Of a stretch of 64,000 nt of DNA, positions 10,623 through 21,711 are shown piece by piece; the first letter of the stretch is position 1, and every line of letters starts with the position of its first letter. The translations under genes and the position numbers were made by a program. The notes below the pieces were generated by a model. It did not search any database. It was given only the letters and a program-made list of their open reading frames with translations, and had not been told where the DNA came from. Source of the DNA: Clostridia bacterium (GTDB lineage Bacteria > Bacillota > Clostridia > TANB77 > CAG-508); NCBI GenBank assembly GCA_900754285.1, contig CAAECB010000034.1:3458-67457 (forward strand). The letters are read 5' to 3'.

Positions 10623-11297
10623 TCACATTACATATAATAAAATACAGAAAAATTGTAGCAAACTTCCAAGTAAAATAAATAAATGAAAAATAGAATGCAT
10701 CCATTTATGATTTTTACCCAAGCCATACAAAATAGCTCCCAAAGAATATATAACACCACCTGACACAAGAAAAACAGTACCACCTGCACCTAATAGCTTA
10801 GGAAATAAGTTAGCAGTAAAAATAATGCACCACCCCATGCCCAAATAGCAAATCATAGAAAAAACTTTATATCTCTTAATATCAATAGAATTTAGTACTA
10901 TACCTAAAATTGCTATAGCCCAAATTATGCCAAAAATAGACCACCCCAAAGCTGCATTATATTCTCTAAAAGTGCACAAACAAAAAGGTGTATAGCAACC
11001 TGCAATAAGCAAAAATATAGAGCAATGGTCTAAAACCTGAAATACCTTTTTAGAAAATTTTTCTGGTTTCAGTCCATGATAAATGCTAGACATTGTATAT
11101 AACAAAATCATTGTAACACCATAAATAGCACCACTAACAACACCATAACCATTATGATGAACTGCAGCAAAAACAACACATAAAACAAGTGCAACAATTC
11201 CTAAAACCCCACCCACAATGTGTGAAGTCATATTAAAAATTTCTTCTCCTTTGCTATAAACTGGTAAAATTCTATCTTTTAATTTTGTCCTTTTCAA
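10623..11297 (-). CDS. Hemolysin III / PAQR-family 7-TM channel protein
   Basis: Multi-TM 224-aa protein with a hemolysin-III-like arrangement. Confidence 0.65.
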   Translation of the reverse strand: MKRTKLKDRILPVYSKGEEIFNMTSHIVGGVLGIVALVLCVVFAAVHHNGYGVVSGAIYGVTMILLYTMSSIYHGLKPEKFSKKVFQVLDHCSIFLLIAGCYTPFCLCTFREYNAALGWSIFGIIWAIAILGIVLNSIDIKRYKVFSMICYLGMGWCIIFTANLFPKLLGAGGTVFLVSGGVIYSLGAILYGLGKNHKWMHSIFHLFILLGSLLQFFCILLYVM

Positions 11298-11393
11298 AAA
11301 ATCAACTCCTAACGTAATAAATTATTTTCTTATATATAGATAGAGGGCATGTTAAAAAACATAACCCCCTATTCTTCATATGTAAATCTTAAA

Positions 11394-13985
11394 TTATTCT
11401 TGTGTTATCCATTTAACTAAATTCATATTAGCAGAATCTAATAACATATCATTTTTTGGCATTACTCTAAAAGTATAACCATAATTCCCACCTGTTTTTA
11501 ATTCTATTTTTGTCTCATATTCAAAGATTTTAGAATTTTCAGTTTCCGCATTTTTTGATTTTGATTTAACTTGTTGCATAGGAATAATAGAAATATCTTC
11601 AACAACGCCATTTTCTAATATTTTTCCATAATAACATTCAACAGAAACAAATTCTGGTTTTATATTTGGCAATTCAACTTGGCATTTTACAGAAATACAA
11701 TTACCTGCATCAATTGAAATATTATTCAAATTATCTTCTTTTTGAGTAATTTTTATATCTTTCCAATTACGATACATATCAGTTTTCCAAGTATTAAACT
11801 GTGTAACATCACTTAAATCTTTATAATATTTATTATGCAAATTGCATAATGGAATATAGAATTTTGAAGTATAATCTGAAAGCATTCTTGAAGTACTATA
11901 TTTTCCTCCAGTTGAAACTATAGATTCTTTCATATAATCCATCCATTCTTTTGAAATTCCATTTTTATCTTTATTATAATATGCAGGAATAATTTTTTGT
12001 TCCAAAGTCTCATATATATTTTGACTATCTGTTACATCTTGAGCTTCATAAGACTCATAATCACTATTAAATCCTATTCTCCAACCATTTTTTTGATTGT
12101 AGCCTTCTGCCCACCATCCATCTAAAACACTAAAGTTAACAACTCCATTAACAGATGCTTTTTGTCCACTTGTACCTGAAGCTTCCATAGGTCTTCTCGG
12201 ATTATTTAGCCATACATCTACACCACTTATTAAATATCTTGACATAGCAATATTATAATTTTCTAATAAGAATATTTTACCTTTAAATTGTGGCATCATT
12301 GATACATCATGAATAAATTTAATTAAATCTTGTCCTTGTTTATCTGCTGGATGAGCTTTACCTGCAAAAATCAATTGAACTGGTCTATCAGCATTATTTA
12401 AGATTTGTGTAATTCTCTCCAAATCTTTAAAAATTAATGTTGCCCTTTTATATGTAGCAAATCTTCTAGCAAAGCCTATTGTTAAAGCATTTGGATTTAT
12501 TTTTGAAGTAATTGCATTTATATCTTCATAATTATATCCTGAACGTCTCAATCTTTCTGTAACATTATTTTTAACAATTGATAAAAGTTTTTCTTTTCTA
12601 GCTTGATGTACATTCCATAATTTATCATCTGGAATATTTCTTACTTTTTCCCATACATAATCATATTGAATTTTATCTTGCCAATATGGAATAAGATATT
12701 TATTATACAATTGTTTTAAACTTGGTGCTAACCATGAACAAGTATGAATACCATTTGTTACATAATCAATAGGTGATTCATTTGCAGCAATCTCTGGCCA
12801 TACATCTGCAAACAATTCTCTAGAAACTGCTCCATGTAATTTACTTACACCATTTTTCTTTCCTGCAACTTTTAATGCAAGAATTCCCATATTAAATCCA
12901 TTTTCTAATTCTTTACATGGTTTCATACCTAATTTCAAAAATTCTTCTCTTGAAATTGTAAGTCTAGGCCAAAAATCTTTAAAATATTTTTCTACTAAAG
13001 AAATTGGGAATATATCATTTCCAGCTGGAACTGGTGTATGTGTAGTAAACACTGTTTGTGATGATACTATATCTCTAGCTACATCAAATGAAACTTGTTT
13101 TTCTTTTATTACATTTTTTATTAGTTCTAAAATTAAGAAAGATGAATGCCCTTCATTCATATGATATACAGTTGGTTCTAGTTTTAATGCTCTTGTTAAA
13201 AGATTAACTCCACCCATACCTAAAACAATTTCTTGCCTTATACGCATTTCTTGGTCTCCACCATATAAACGTAAAGTAACATCTCTATCTTCTGGGTTGT
13301 TTTTTTCTATGTCTGAATCTAACAAATATAGCTTCACTCTACCTACATTTATTTGCCATACTTTTAAATATATTCTTCTCTTAGGAAATTTTAAATATAT
13401 TATTAAATCGTCTCCATTTTCATTTTTTACAGGATTGATTGGTAAATCATGCAAATCTATATCATGATACTCTGTTTCTTGTTCACCATTTCCATTTATT
13501 TTTTGATGAAAATATCCATTCTTATATAATAACCCTACCGCTACTAATGGTATTCCTAAATCACTTGCTGATTTTAAATGATCACCTGATAAAATACCTA
13601 ATCCCCCAGAATATATTGGAATAGTTTCATCTAATCCATATTCTGCTGAAAAATATGCTATTAAATCATCTTTATTATCTGGATATTTATTTGCAAACCA
13701 TGTATCTTTGCTGTTCATATAGTCTTCAAAATTTTCTACACATTTATCATATTCATGTAAAAATATTAAATCTTTTGATACTGCTTCTAGTCTATCTTGT
13801 GAAACTTGTTTTAAAAATTTTACTGGATTTTTTCCACATTTTTCCCACAAGTCGTTATCAATTTTTCTGAATAGTCTTAAAAATTCAGTATTCCATGACC
13901 ACCATAAGTTATTTGATATTTTTGATAATTTTTCTATTCTCTTTGGTAATTGTGGATTTACAGTAATCCTGTTAAATACGTACAT
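11394..13985 (-). CDS. glgP: Alpha-glucan (glycogen/maltodextrin) phosphorylase, GlgP family with DUF3417-type N-terminus
   Basis: EASGTSGQKASVNG PLP-lysine motif and GKAHPADKQGQ, at 863 aa. Confidence 0.85.
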   Translation of the reverse strand: MYVFNRITVNPQLPKRIEKLSKISNNLWWSWNTEFLRLFRKIDNDLWEKCGKNPVKFLKQVSQDRLEAVSKDLIFLHEYDKCVENFEDYMNSKDTWFANKYPDNKDDLIAYFSAEYGLDETIPIYSGGLGILSGDHLKSASDLGIPLVAVGLLYKNGYFHQKINGNGEQETEYHDIDLHDLPINPVKNENGDDLIIYLKFPKRRIYLKVWQINVGRVKLYLLDSDIEKNNPEDRDVTLRLYGGDQEMRIRQEIVLGMGGVNLLTRALKLEPTVYHMNEGHSSFLILELIKNVIKEKQVSFDVARDIVSSQTVFTTHTPVPAGNDIFPISLVEKYFKDFWPRLTISREEFLKLGMKPCKELENGFNMGILALKVAGKKNGVSKLHGAVSRELFADVWPEIAANESPIDYVTNGIHTCSWLAPSLKQLYNKYLIPYWQDKIQYDYVWEKVRNIPDDKLWNVHQARKEKLLSIVKNNVTERLRRSGYNYEDINAITSKINPNALTIGFARRFATYKRATLIFKDLERITQILNNADRPVQLIFAGKAHPADKQGQDLIKFIHDVSMMPQFKGKIFLLENYNIAMSRYLISGVDVWLNNPRRPMEASGTSGQKASVNGVVNFSVLDGWWAEGYNQKNGWRIGFNSDYESYEAQDVTDSQNIYETLEQKIIPAYYNKDKNGISKEWMDYMKESIVSTGGKYSTSRMLSDYTSKFYIPLCNLHNKYYKDLSDVTQFNTWKTDMYRNWKDIKITQKEDNLNNISIDAGNCISVKCQVELPNIKPEFVSVECYYGKILENGVVEDISIIPMQQVKSKSKNAETENSKIFEYETKIELKTGGNYGYTFRVMPKNDMLLDSANMNLVKWITQE

Positions 13986-14155
13986 TTTATATATTCCTCC
14001 TTCGTAACTTCATCTATCGTTTTCACACATATATTATCTATTAAATTATTATATTTGTCAAACCTTTTTTTAATATTTTTCAAAAAATTAACACAGACAA
14101 TTTCTATGCATTGTTATTTCTAATACTCTAGAAAATCTAAAAAATTCCTAAAATA

Positions 14156-15070
14156 TCAAAAACTTCTTGTGCTTCCTCCTCCTCCAGAAGAACCTCCTCC
14201 ACCATGGAAACCTCCTCCTGAAAAGCCACCGCTAGAAAATCCGCCAGATGAGCCACCCCAATGGCCACCTCCTTTATTTTTTAAAAAGCTAAAAAATAAT
14301 CCTAAGGCACTACACAATACACCATATGCAATTGCATATTTCAATTTAACAACAAACTGAAGCAAACATGATATTATCATAATTATACCCGAAAATATTG
14401 CCCTTTTTTTCCAAGTTCTAGTATGTTCTCCAATAAATGAAAGATATATATATGCTATAAATACAAAATCTTTAATATCATCACCATTAAACTCAAAGTG
14501 AAAAACTTGAGGAGTTTCTTGTTCATTTATTTGTACCCCATATTCATCACCAACTTCTTGTAAAACAGCACTAAACCCATTTTTTATTCCTTCATCATAA
14601 TTATTATATCTTAAATATGGAATTATATATTTATCTTGTATTCTCCCTGTTTTTCCATCTGTTAAAGTTCCCTCTAAACCATATCCAACTTCAATTCTAA
14701 AAAGTCTTTCTCCTGTTGAACATAATAAAAGTACTCCATTATTTTTTGATGCATCACCTATTCCAAATTTTCTAAATAATGTTGTTGCATATTCTTCAAT
14801 TGATTGACCGTCTAAACTTGTAACTGTTACAACAACTACCTGTGCCCCTGTTTTCTTCTGTAAATCTATATTTGCATTCATTATATAATTTTCTGTTTCT
14901 GTACTTAAAACATCTGCATAATCATTAACATAAAAATCACTTGTTGGAGATACAATTGCCAATGATTTTATTGTTAGCAACCCCATAAATATTATAACTA
15001 ATAAACAAACCCTTTTTAAAATTTTCATAAAAAATTTCGTTCCCTTCTCGCTTTGCTCAAAGGCACACAT
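14156..15070 (-). CDS. TPM-domain (TLP18.3/YgcG-like) membrane protein with Gly-rich C-terminal tail
   Basis: TPM core (YVNDYADVLS...VVVVTVTSLDG), a TM segment, then a GGGHWGGSSGGFSSGGFSGGGFHGGGG tail. The partner LemA gene is upstream. Confidence 0.75.
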   Translation of the reverse strand: MCAFEQSEKGTKFFMKILKRVCLLVIIFMGLLTIKSLAIVSPTSDFYVNDYADVLSTETENYIMNANIDLQKKTGAQVVVVTVTSLDGQSIEEYATTLFRKFGIGDASKNNGVLLLCSTGERLFRIEVGYGLEGTLTDGKTGRIQDKYIIPYLRYNNYDEGIKNGFSAVLQEVGDEYGVQINEQETPQVFHFEFNGDDIKDFVFIAYIYLSFIGEHTRTWKKRAIFSGIIMIISCLLQFVVKLKYAIAYGVLCSALGLFFSFLKNKGGGHWGGSSGGFSSGGFSGGGFHGGGGSSGGGGSTRSF

Positions 15071-15202
15071 AAGAATGAAAGTATTTTAATTCTTTCAAAC
15101 TAGTTCTCCCTCTTAATTTATTTTTTGCAAAAGCAATTTATTTTTATAAAATTTTAACCCAGCAAATTCTTGTTACAAAAATACTGGGTTATAAATAACA
15201 AT

Positions 15203-15772
15203 TTAAAATTCTACTTTTGGAACTTCTTTACTTCCTTCTGAAGCTTCAAAATAATCTTTTGCACCAAAACCAAACATATTAGCCATTATATTTGATGGAA
15301 ACTTTTTAATCTTTAAATTATAAGATTTTACCGCTTCATTGTAATCTCTTCTTGCTGTTGCTATACGATTTTCTGTTCCAGCTAATTCATCTGATAACTG
15401 TATAAAGTTTTGAGATGATTTCAAATCTGGATAATTCTCAACAATTACTAATAAACGACTTAACGCATTTGTTAATTCTTGGTCAGCTTCTGCTTTTGCT
15501 GAAACACTATTTGCTCCTACTAATTTTTCTCTTGCTGTTGTTACTGAATTAATTACATCTTTTTCCTGATCTGCAAATCCTTTTACTGTATTTACCAAAT
15601 TTGGTATTAAATCTGCTCTCCTTTGTAATTGTGTGTCTATTGTTGCAAATTTATTATCTACCTCCTCTGATGCTGATACTATACCATTATATCCAGCTAT
15701 TAATACCACTGCTATCACAATAATAATTGCCAACACTATTAATCCTATTTTTGAATTTTTCATTATACCCAC
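15203..15772 (-). CDS. lemA: LemA-family protein
   Basis: N-terminal TM plus LemA core (IPNLVNTVKGFADQEKDV...). Confidence 0.8.
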   Translation of the reverse strand: MGIMKNSKIGLIVLAIIIVIAVVLIAGYNGIVSASEEVDNKFATIDTQLQRRADLIPNLVNTVKGFADQEKDVINSVTTAREKLVGANSVSAKAEADQELTNALSRLLVIVENYPDLKSSQNFIQLSDELAGTENRIATARRDYNEAVKSYNLKIKKFPSNIMANMFGFGAKDYFEASEGSKEVPKVEF

Positions 15773-15918
15773 CCTTTCATTTTCCTTTGTGCATTTCTAT
15801 TGTCAAAATTACTATTTCCGTTATTTTAAAATATCTATTTCAATCAATACATATTTTTTCCTTGCACTTGATGTTTATATTGTACTATACTTTTTTCTTT
15901 TTGACAATACTTTTATTT

Positions 15919-18705
15919 TTACATTTTTCGACAATCATTATTACCATTAATTCTAAACAATTTAAATAATTCAACAATAACAATTGGAGCAAAAATTAAA
16001 CAAATAAGTTCAATAATATTTTGAGTAGGTAACAATGGAATACTAAAAATATTTCTCAACTCTGGTATTAAAAGTATTACAAAAACTAAAGCCGCAGAAA
16101 TCAAAACTGCCCCAATAAGTTTCATATTATTAAACACATTTGATTTAAATATTGATTTTTTATTATCTCTAACATTAAATACATGTGTTAATTCTGATAA
16201 AGCTAAAGTTACAAAAGCCATTGTTTGACCAACTTCAATTTTAGATTGTTCTAAAGTCAAATCACCAATTGGCTCTGTTGTAGTACCTAATCCAATCATA
16301 AATGCAGCCAATGTCAAGCCACCAATCATAATTCCTTGATAAACAACACGCCAAGTCATTCCCTTTGTAAATACACCTTTCTTAGTATCTCTAGGTTTTC
16401 TTTGCATAATATCAGAGTTTGCTGGATCAAATGCCAATGCTAATGCTGGTAAAGAATCTGTAACCAAATTAATCCACAAAATATGAATAGGTAACAAAAT
16501 TTCTAAATGATTTATATCTGATATTCCAAACCATTTTGCAAATAATGGTGTAAACAATGTGGCTAAAAACAATACTACTATTTCTCCTACATTACTTGAA
16601 AGTAAAAATTGAATTACTTTTAGTATATTATCATAAATTCTTCTACCTTCTTCAACAGCTGAAACAATAGTCGCAAAATTATCATCTGTTAAAATAACAT
16701 CTGCTGCTTCTTTTGCAACATCTGTACCTACCATTCCCATAGCACATCCAATATCAGCTGTTTTTAAAGCAGGGCTATCATTAACTCCATCACCTGTCAT
16801 AGCAACAATTTCGCCATTTTTTTGCCAAGCACGTACAATACGTACTTTATGTTCAGGAGAAACTCTTGCATATACAGAATATTTACGTACATTTTTTTCT
16901 AAATCTTCATCAGACATTTTTTCAAGTTCAACACCTGTTATTGCTTCATCTTCATTTTTCAAAATGCCCAAACTTTTTGCAATAGCTGTAGCTGTAACTT
17001 TGTGGTCACCTGTAATCATAACTGTCTTTATACCTGCTGTTTTACATTTTTCAACAGCAATTTTTGCTTCTTCTCTAGGTGGATCTATCATACCAACCAT
17101 ACCAAGAAAAACTAAATCATTCTCCATATTTTCCATTTCGTCTTTTGATGGTTCATGTTCCAAAACTTTATATGCACAACCTAATACACGTAAAGCATCT
17201 TTTGCCATCTTTTCATTTACATCTTCAATACTTGAAATATATTTATCAAAACTTTCTTTATCTCTTTTTATTTCTCCATTAAATTGATATCCTGAACATC
17301 TATCTAATAACTCATCAATTCCACCTTTTGTGTATACAATAAATTTATCATTTACTTTATTTACTGTAGTCATTAATTTTCTATCTGAATCAAAAGGAAT
17401 TTCTTGTACACGTGGCATTCTATCATATATACTAGGGTCAAAATTTAATTTAAAAGCCATGTCAACTAAAGCAGTCTCTGTTGGGTCACCTGTTAAATTT
17501 CCATCAACATCAACTTTTGTATCATTACACAACATATTAGCATAAATTAGCTCTGTTAATTCCTTATCTTTTAATTCTAGCCTATTAGTATTTTCTATCA
17601 CTTCTATTCCTTTTTCTAAGTCTTCCATACCATACAATTTACCATTAAAAAATACCTTTTGTACTGTCATTTTATTTTGAGTTAATGTTCCTGTTTTATC
17701 TGAACATATAACTGTACTACTTCCCAAAGTTTCAACTGCTGGCAATTTTTTTACTATAGCATGTTTTTTTACCATTTTTTGAACACCTATTGCAAGAACT
17801 ATTGTAGATACTGCAACTAATCCTTCTGGTATAGCTGCAACAGCTAATGAAACAGCTGTCATAAACATTTGTATTACTTCTTTTCCTTGTATTAGTCCTA
17901 CCACAAAAATAACAGCACATATTACTAATGCCGCAATTCCCAATGTTTTACCAAGTTGATTTAATTTTTGTTGTAAAGGTGTTTCTTGTTTTTCTGTTTG
18001 ATTCATCATTCCAGCAATTTTTCCTACCTCTGTAGTCATTCCAGTTTCTACAACAATTCCTTTTCCTCTTCCATAAGTCACCAAACTAGAAGAAAACAAC
18101 ATATTAGTACAATCACCAATTCCAATATCTGAATTTTCTATCTCAGCTATACCTTTTTCTACTGGTACTGATTCCCCTGTTAATGAACTCTCTTGTGCTT
18201 TTAAGTTTACAGCTTCTATTATTCTTAAATCTGCTGGTATATAATCACCTGTATCTAATACTACTACATCTCCTGGTACAAGTTCTTTTGATGGTATTAC
18301 TTGTATATTTCCATCTCTTATTACCTTTGCTGCATGGTCACTTAATTTTTGCAATGCTTCTAATGATTTTTCCGCCTTTGATTCTTGGGCCACTCCAATT
18401 ATTGCATTTACAATTACTACTATTAATATAATAATAGTGTCTGTAAATCCTTCTCCTTGTGATACTCCTACTATACCTGATACTATTGCTGCTATTATTA
18501 AAACTATTATTGAAAAATCTTTAAATTGGTCCAAAAATCTTTGTAGTAAAGTTTTCTTTTTTGCTGCTTGTAATTCATTATACCCATATTTTTCTTGCTT
18601 TTCTCTTACTTGCTCTTCTGATAAGCCATTTTCAATACTTGTTTCTAGCTTACTTTCTACTTCTTCTACTTTTTGTTTATACCACTTTTTTTCTTCCATT
18701 ATCAT
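15919..18705 (-). CDS. Calcium-translocating P-type ATPase (PMCA/SERCA-type)
   Basis: DKTGTLT phosphorylation motif, TGDGVNDSPALK motif and 10 TM helices, at 928 aa. Confidence 0.9.
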   Translation of the reverse strand: MIMEEKKWYKQKVEEVESKLETSIENGLSEEQVREKQEKYGYNELQAAKKKTLLQRFLDQFKDFSIIVLIIAAIVSGIVGVSQGEGFTDTIIILIVVIVNAIIGVAQESKAEKSLEALQKLSDHAAKVIRDGNIQVIPSKELVPGDVVVLDTGDYIPADLRIIEAVNLKAQESSLTGESVPVEKGIAEIENSDIGIGDCTNMLFSSSLVTYGRGKGIVVETGMTTEVGKIAGMMNQTEKQETPLQQKLNQLGKTLGIAALVICAVIFVVGLIQGKEVIQMFMTAVSLAVAAIPEGLVAVSTIVLAIGVQKMVKKHAIVKKLPAVETLGSSTVICSDKTGTLTQNKMTVQKVFFNGKLYGMEDLEKGIEVIENTNRLELKDKELTELIYANMLCNDTKVDVDGNLTGDPTETALVDMAFKLNFDPSIYDRMPRVQEIPFDSDRKLMTTVNKVNDKFIVYTKGGIDELLDRCSGYQFNGEIKRDKESFDKYISSIEDVNEKMAKDALRVLGCAYKVLEHEPSKDEMENMENDLVFLGMVGMIDPPREEAKIAVEKCKTAGIKTVMITGDHKVTATAIAKSLGILKNEDEAITGVELEKMSDEDLEKNVRKYSVYARVSPEHKVRIVRAWQKNGEIVAMTGDGVNDSPALKTADIGCAMGMVGTDVAKEAADVILTDDNFATIVSAVEEGRRIYDNILKVIQFLLSSNVGEIVVLFLATLFTPLFAKWFGISDINHLEILLPIHILWINLVTDSLPALALAFDPANSDIMQRKPRDTKKGVFTKGMTWRVVYQGIMIGGLTLAAFMIGLGTTTEPIGDLTLEQSKIEVGQTMAFVTLALSELTHVFNVRDNKKSIFKSNVFNNMKLIGAVLISAALVFVILLIPELRNIFSIPLLPTQNIIELICLIFAPIVIVELFKLFRINGNNDCRKM

Positions 18706-19003
18706 ACAATCCTTTCTTTTTATAATTTTTATTTTTTTTCATTTCTCTTTTTTATTTTGTATATTTTTCTTTTTTATATTCAAAAAAGACTCTTAAAAGA
18801 AATTTTGTTTTGCAAAATCTCTTTTAAAAGTCTCGCTTACTTTATTAAAGCTTACTAACCAGATACTATGTTATGTATCGCGACTGTTGATTAGTAATTA
18901 AAAGCTACTCCCTTTTAATATTTTAGTTTTAAAAAGTCATTAATTTTTTATTTAGAAAATTGTATTTAATGTATAACATTACAATTCCAACATTTTATAG
19001 CTT

Positions 19004-19078
19004 TGGTGACCCCTACGGGAATCGAACCCATGATTCCACCTTGAGAGGGTGGCGTCTTAGCCGCTTGACCAAGGGGCC
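19004..19078 (-). tRNA. tRNA-Glu (anticodon read as CUC; 3' CCA encoded)
   Basis: The reverse complement GGCCCCTTGGTCAAGCGGCTAAGACGCCACCCTCTCAAGGTGGAATCATGGGTTCGATTCCCGTAGGGGTCACCA folds as a cloverleaf. It resembles Bacillus tRNA-Glu. Confidence 0.8.
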
Positions 19079-19108
19079 ATAAATACTGTACACGCTGTGT
19101 ACTATGTA

Positions 19109-19137
19109 TTTATATCATGTTTTTATAAATTAGTCAA
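19109..19137 (-). promoter_or_regulatory. Putative sigma-A-type promoter for tRNA-Glu (-35 TTGACT, 17-bp spacer, -10 TATAAA), overlapping the mrnC stop
   Basis: Consensus-like hexamers with the right spacing about 30 nt upstream of the tRNA 5' end. Confidence 0.35.
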
Positions 19138-19528
19138 CACTAATCTTTAAAATTTCTTGTAATCTATCACTTTGTTCAGTTAAATATAAATATCCAAGAA
19201 GAGCCTCATATGCTGTAGCATACATATATTCTTGAACATTTGCATTTTTAGGCAAATGATGATTTTCAGCATTTCTACCTCTCCTTACCACATCTTTTTC
19301 TTCTTCTGTTAATTCATCATAAATACGTTTTAAAATTTCTGATTGAGCACCAGCTTTAACATATTTTATTGATTCAATATGTAATGCATGTGGTTTCATA
19401 TGTGTTTCATTTACCAATTTTGTTCTTATATATAATTCATATACACAATCACCAACATATGCCCATGTAAGTGGTGGCAATAATTTTACTTCTTGCATAC
19501 TACGCTTAATTTCTATAAATGATTCCAA
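19130..19528 (-). CDS. mrnC: Mini-ribonuclease 3
   Basis: LTWAYVGDCVYELYIR RNase-III-like signature, at 132 aa. Confidence 0.85.
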   Translation of the reverse strand: MESFIEIKRSMQEVKLLPPLTWAYVGDCVYELYIRTKLVNETHMKPHALHIESIKYVKAGAQSEILKRIYDELTEEEKDVVRRGRNAENHHLPKNANVQEYMYATAYEALLGYLYLTEQSDRLQEILKISVD

Positions 19529-19562
19529 TTTTTTTCCTCTTTTCTAAATAAATTGTATATTT

Positions 19563-20528
19563 TTAATTTTTACTATCTGCTTTTTCAATTGTAATTTTTC
19601 CTAATACTCCATTTTTAAATTCATCTAATAAGATTTTTGCTGTTTTTTCATCATCTATATTTCCACCTGAAATTATACACCCTCTTTTTCTTCCTATTTC
19701 TTGCATAATCTCATAAATGTTTTGATTTTCTGGTTGGAAATCTTGTCCCATAACTTCTTTTATGTATTCCTCTTTTAATTGATATCTTTGGCATATTTTT
19801 TCTGGATATTCTTCTAATAGATATTTTGTTAATTCATATGCTACTTCTATTCTATCTAATACATCTTCTTTTATAGAACCTGTAAACGCTAAATGCAACG
19901 CTACCTCATTGTTTTCAAATTTTGGCCATAATACACCTGGAGTATCTAATAATTCTACTTTTTCATTTATTCGTATCCATTGTTTTTGCTTTGTTACACC
20001 TGGTTTGTTCCCAACTCCTGCTAAAGTTCTTTTGCTTATTCTGTTTATAAAAGATGATTTTCCTACATTTGGTATTCCTAATATCATCGCTCTAATTTTT
20101 CTTCCTGTTCTTCCTTTTGAATCCATTTCTTCTTTTTTATCTTTCATGACCTCTTCTATTTTGCTTACTACTTGTCCTATTCCAGTTCCAGATTGCGAAT
20201 CTGTTAATACTGCTGGTATTCCTTTTTTTGCAAAATATGATAACCATCTTTGATTTTCTTTTTCTTCTGATAAATCACATTTGTTTAATATTACTATTTT
20301 TTTCTTTCCTTTTGTTATCTCCTCTATGTCTGGATTTCTACTTGCTATTGGTATCCTTGCATCTAATAATTCTATTACTATATCTATTAGTTTTAAGTCT
20401 TCTTTTATTTGCTTTCTTGTTTTCGCCATATGTCCTGGATACCAGTTAATTCCGACTGATGGAAAACTTTTTGTACTATCATCTTTTTTCTTTTCTGCTC
20501 TAATTTTTCTTTTTTGATACATATCCAT
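19563..20528 (-). CDS. rbgA: Ribosome biogenesis GTPase A (YlqF)
   Basis: Circularly permuted GTPase motifs (NKCDL, GIPNVGKSS, DTPG). Its first 87 bp are duplicated at 21589..21676. Confidence 0.85.
   Translation of the reverse strand: MDMYQKRKIRAEKKKDDSTKSFPSVGINWYPGHMAKTRKQIKEDLKLIDIVIELLDARIPIASRNPDIEEITKGKKKIVILNKCDLSEEKENQRWLSYFAKKGIPAVLTDSQSGTGIGQVVSKIEEVMKDKKEEMDSKGRTGRKIRAMILGIPNVGKSSFINRISKRTLAGVGNKPGVTKQKQWIRINEKVELLDTPGVLWPKFENNEVALHLAFTGSIKEDVLDRIEVAYELTKYLLEEYPEKICQRYQLKEEYIKEVMGQDFQPENQNIYEIMQEIGRKRGCIISGGNIDDEKTAKILLDEFKNGVLGKITIEKADSKN
20441..20527. repeat. 87-bp direct repeat copy A (5' end of rbgA; candidate att core)
   Basis: Identical except for 2 mismatches to 21589..21676. 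Confidence 0.85.
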
Positions 20529-20540
20529 TATTTATCACTT

Positions 20541-21586
20541 CCTTATTCATCACTATTATTTTCATTTAAATATTTATTATAAAATTCATCCATTGAAGAA
20601 ATATATTTTCGATCTTGTATAACTCTAAACTTTTCATACTCTTTTTCTGCTTTTTCTACTGCTTCTTTATGAGATATACTGCCACTATTATTTAATATTT
20701 TTTTCTTCTAAACTTTAATAAATCATCAGTTGCATCTATCCAATCCTTCATTGTCATTACATATCTTTGTTTTGCTTCATCCTCTGCAAATATCAAAAAT
20801 AAATTTGTTAAATTTTTTAGATTATTCATTTCTTCTTCGTTTAAATAATTTTTTGCAATAACTACATCATATTTATATATTAAACCATCAGGAGAATTTT
20901 TCCAATTAGTTAGTCCCACATGTTCTTTATCTGAGTTTGCTCTACTATATATTAATTCGGCAGCAGTAATGTCCACTTATAGCATAATGCAACTTATTTT
21001 GAACTATTTTAAAGAAGGTATAGGCGTCTTCTGATTTTGGATTGTAATCTGCTGCTGTTGCAATAAATAAATCAGTGATTTTTTGATATGCCATTCTTTC
21101 ACTTACTCTAATTGTTTTAATACGTTCTAATAATTCATCAAAATATTTTGCATCATATTTATTTCCACTTATAAAACGTTCGTCATTTAATGCAAAGCCC
21201 TTTGTCATATATTCTTTTAATATTTTTGTTGCCCATATTCTAAATTCTGTTGCTTTTTTAGAATTAATTCTATAACCCACAGCAATTATAGCATCTAAAC
21301 TATAAATAGTTGTGTTATAGTTTTTTCCGTCATCGGCAGTTAACGAGCATTTCTCGGTAACTGATTTTTTATCTAACTCATTATCTTCAAATATATGTTT
21401 CAAGTGTAAACTTATATTGTCTGTAGAACATTCAAAAACTTTTGACATTCCTTTTTGTGATAACCATAAAGTTTCATCTTTATAAATAGCATCTACTACA
21501 ATATTACCTGCACTATTTTTATATATAATTAATTTATTATCTTCCATCAATAATCTCCTTTCCTTTAGTTTTTCATGATTCCTCAC
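20541..21586 (-). pseudogene. RhuM-family (virulence protein RhuM / ORF6N-like) gene copy with at least two frameshifts
   Basis: ORFs 20945..21586 and 20692..20976 plus a third-frame C-terminus (..KFRVIQDRKYISSMDEF..) align colinearly to the intact paralog at 21712..22740. Confidence 0.65.
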
Positions 21587-21588
21587 TT

Positions 21589-21676
21589 ACCAGTTGATTC
21601 CGACTGATGGAAAACTTTTTGGACTATCATCTTTTTTCTTTTCTGCTCTAATTTTTCTTTTTTGATACATATCCAT
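21589..21676. repeat. 87-bp direct repeat copy B (truncated rbgA 5' fragment MDMYQKRKIRAEKKKDDSPKSFPSVGINW*)
   Basis: Near-identical to 20441..20527. Its reading frame stops immediately after the repeat. Confidence 0.85.
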
Positions 21677-21711
21677 ATTTTTCACTTTTTTTACAACTTG
21701 TAAGTTGTCGC

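Noticed and set aside
11298-11393. Imperfect hairpin ATAGAGGGCATGTT-AAAAA-ACATAACCCCCTAT downstream of glgP
   Set aside because: Probably an ordinary terminator-like structure. Its loop is unrelated to the conserved-loop repeat family and it is too imperfect to call confidently.
14169-14360. Pro-rich plus-strand ORF (PPPEEPPPPWKPPPEKPP...)
   Set aside because: Antisense shadow of the Gly-rich C-terminal tail of the TPM protein.
15071-15202. Hairpin AACCCAG...CTGGGTT downstream of lemA
   Set aside because: Plausible weak terminator but it has a long loop and a poor U-tract. Not called as a feature.
6586-20517. Numerous 60-120-aa ORFs embedded in opposite-strand genes (6586..6771, 7177..7425, 13439..13870, 15633..15969, 16964..17545, 18183..18858, 19909..20517)
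   Set aside because: AT-rich genomes generate long spurious antisense ORFs. All lie inside confidently called CDSs and have Leu/Ile/Phe-rich low-complexity translations.
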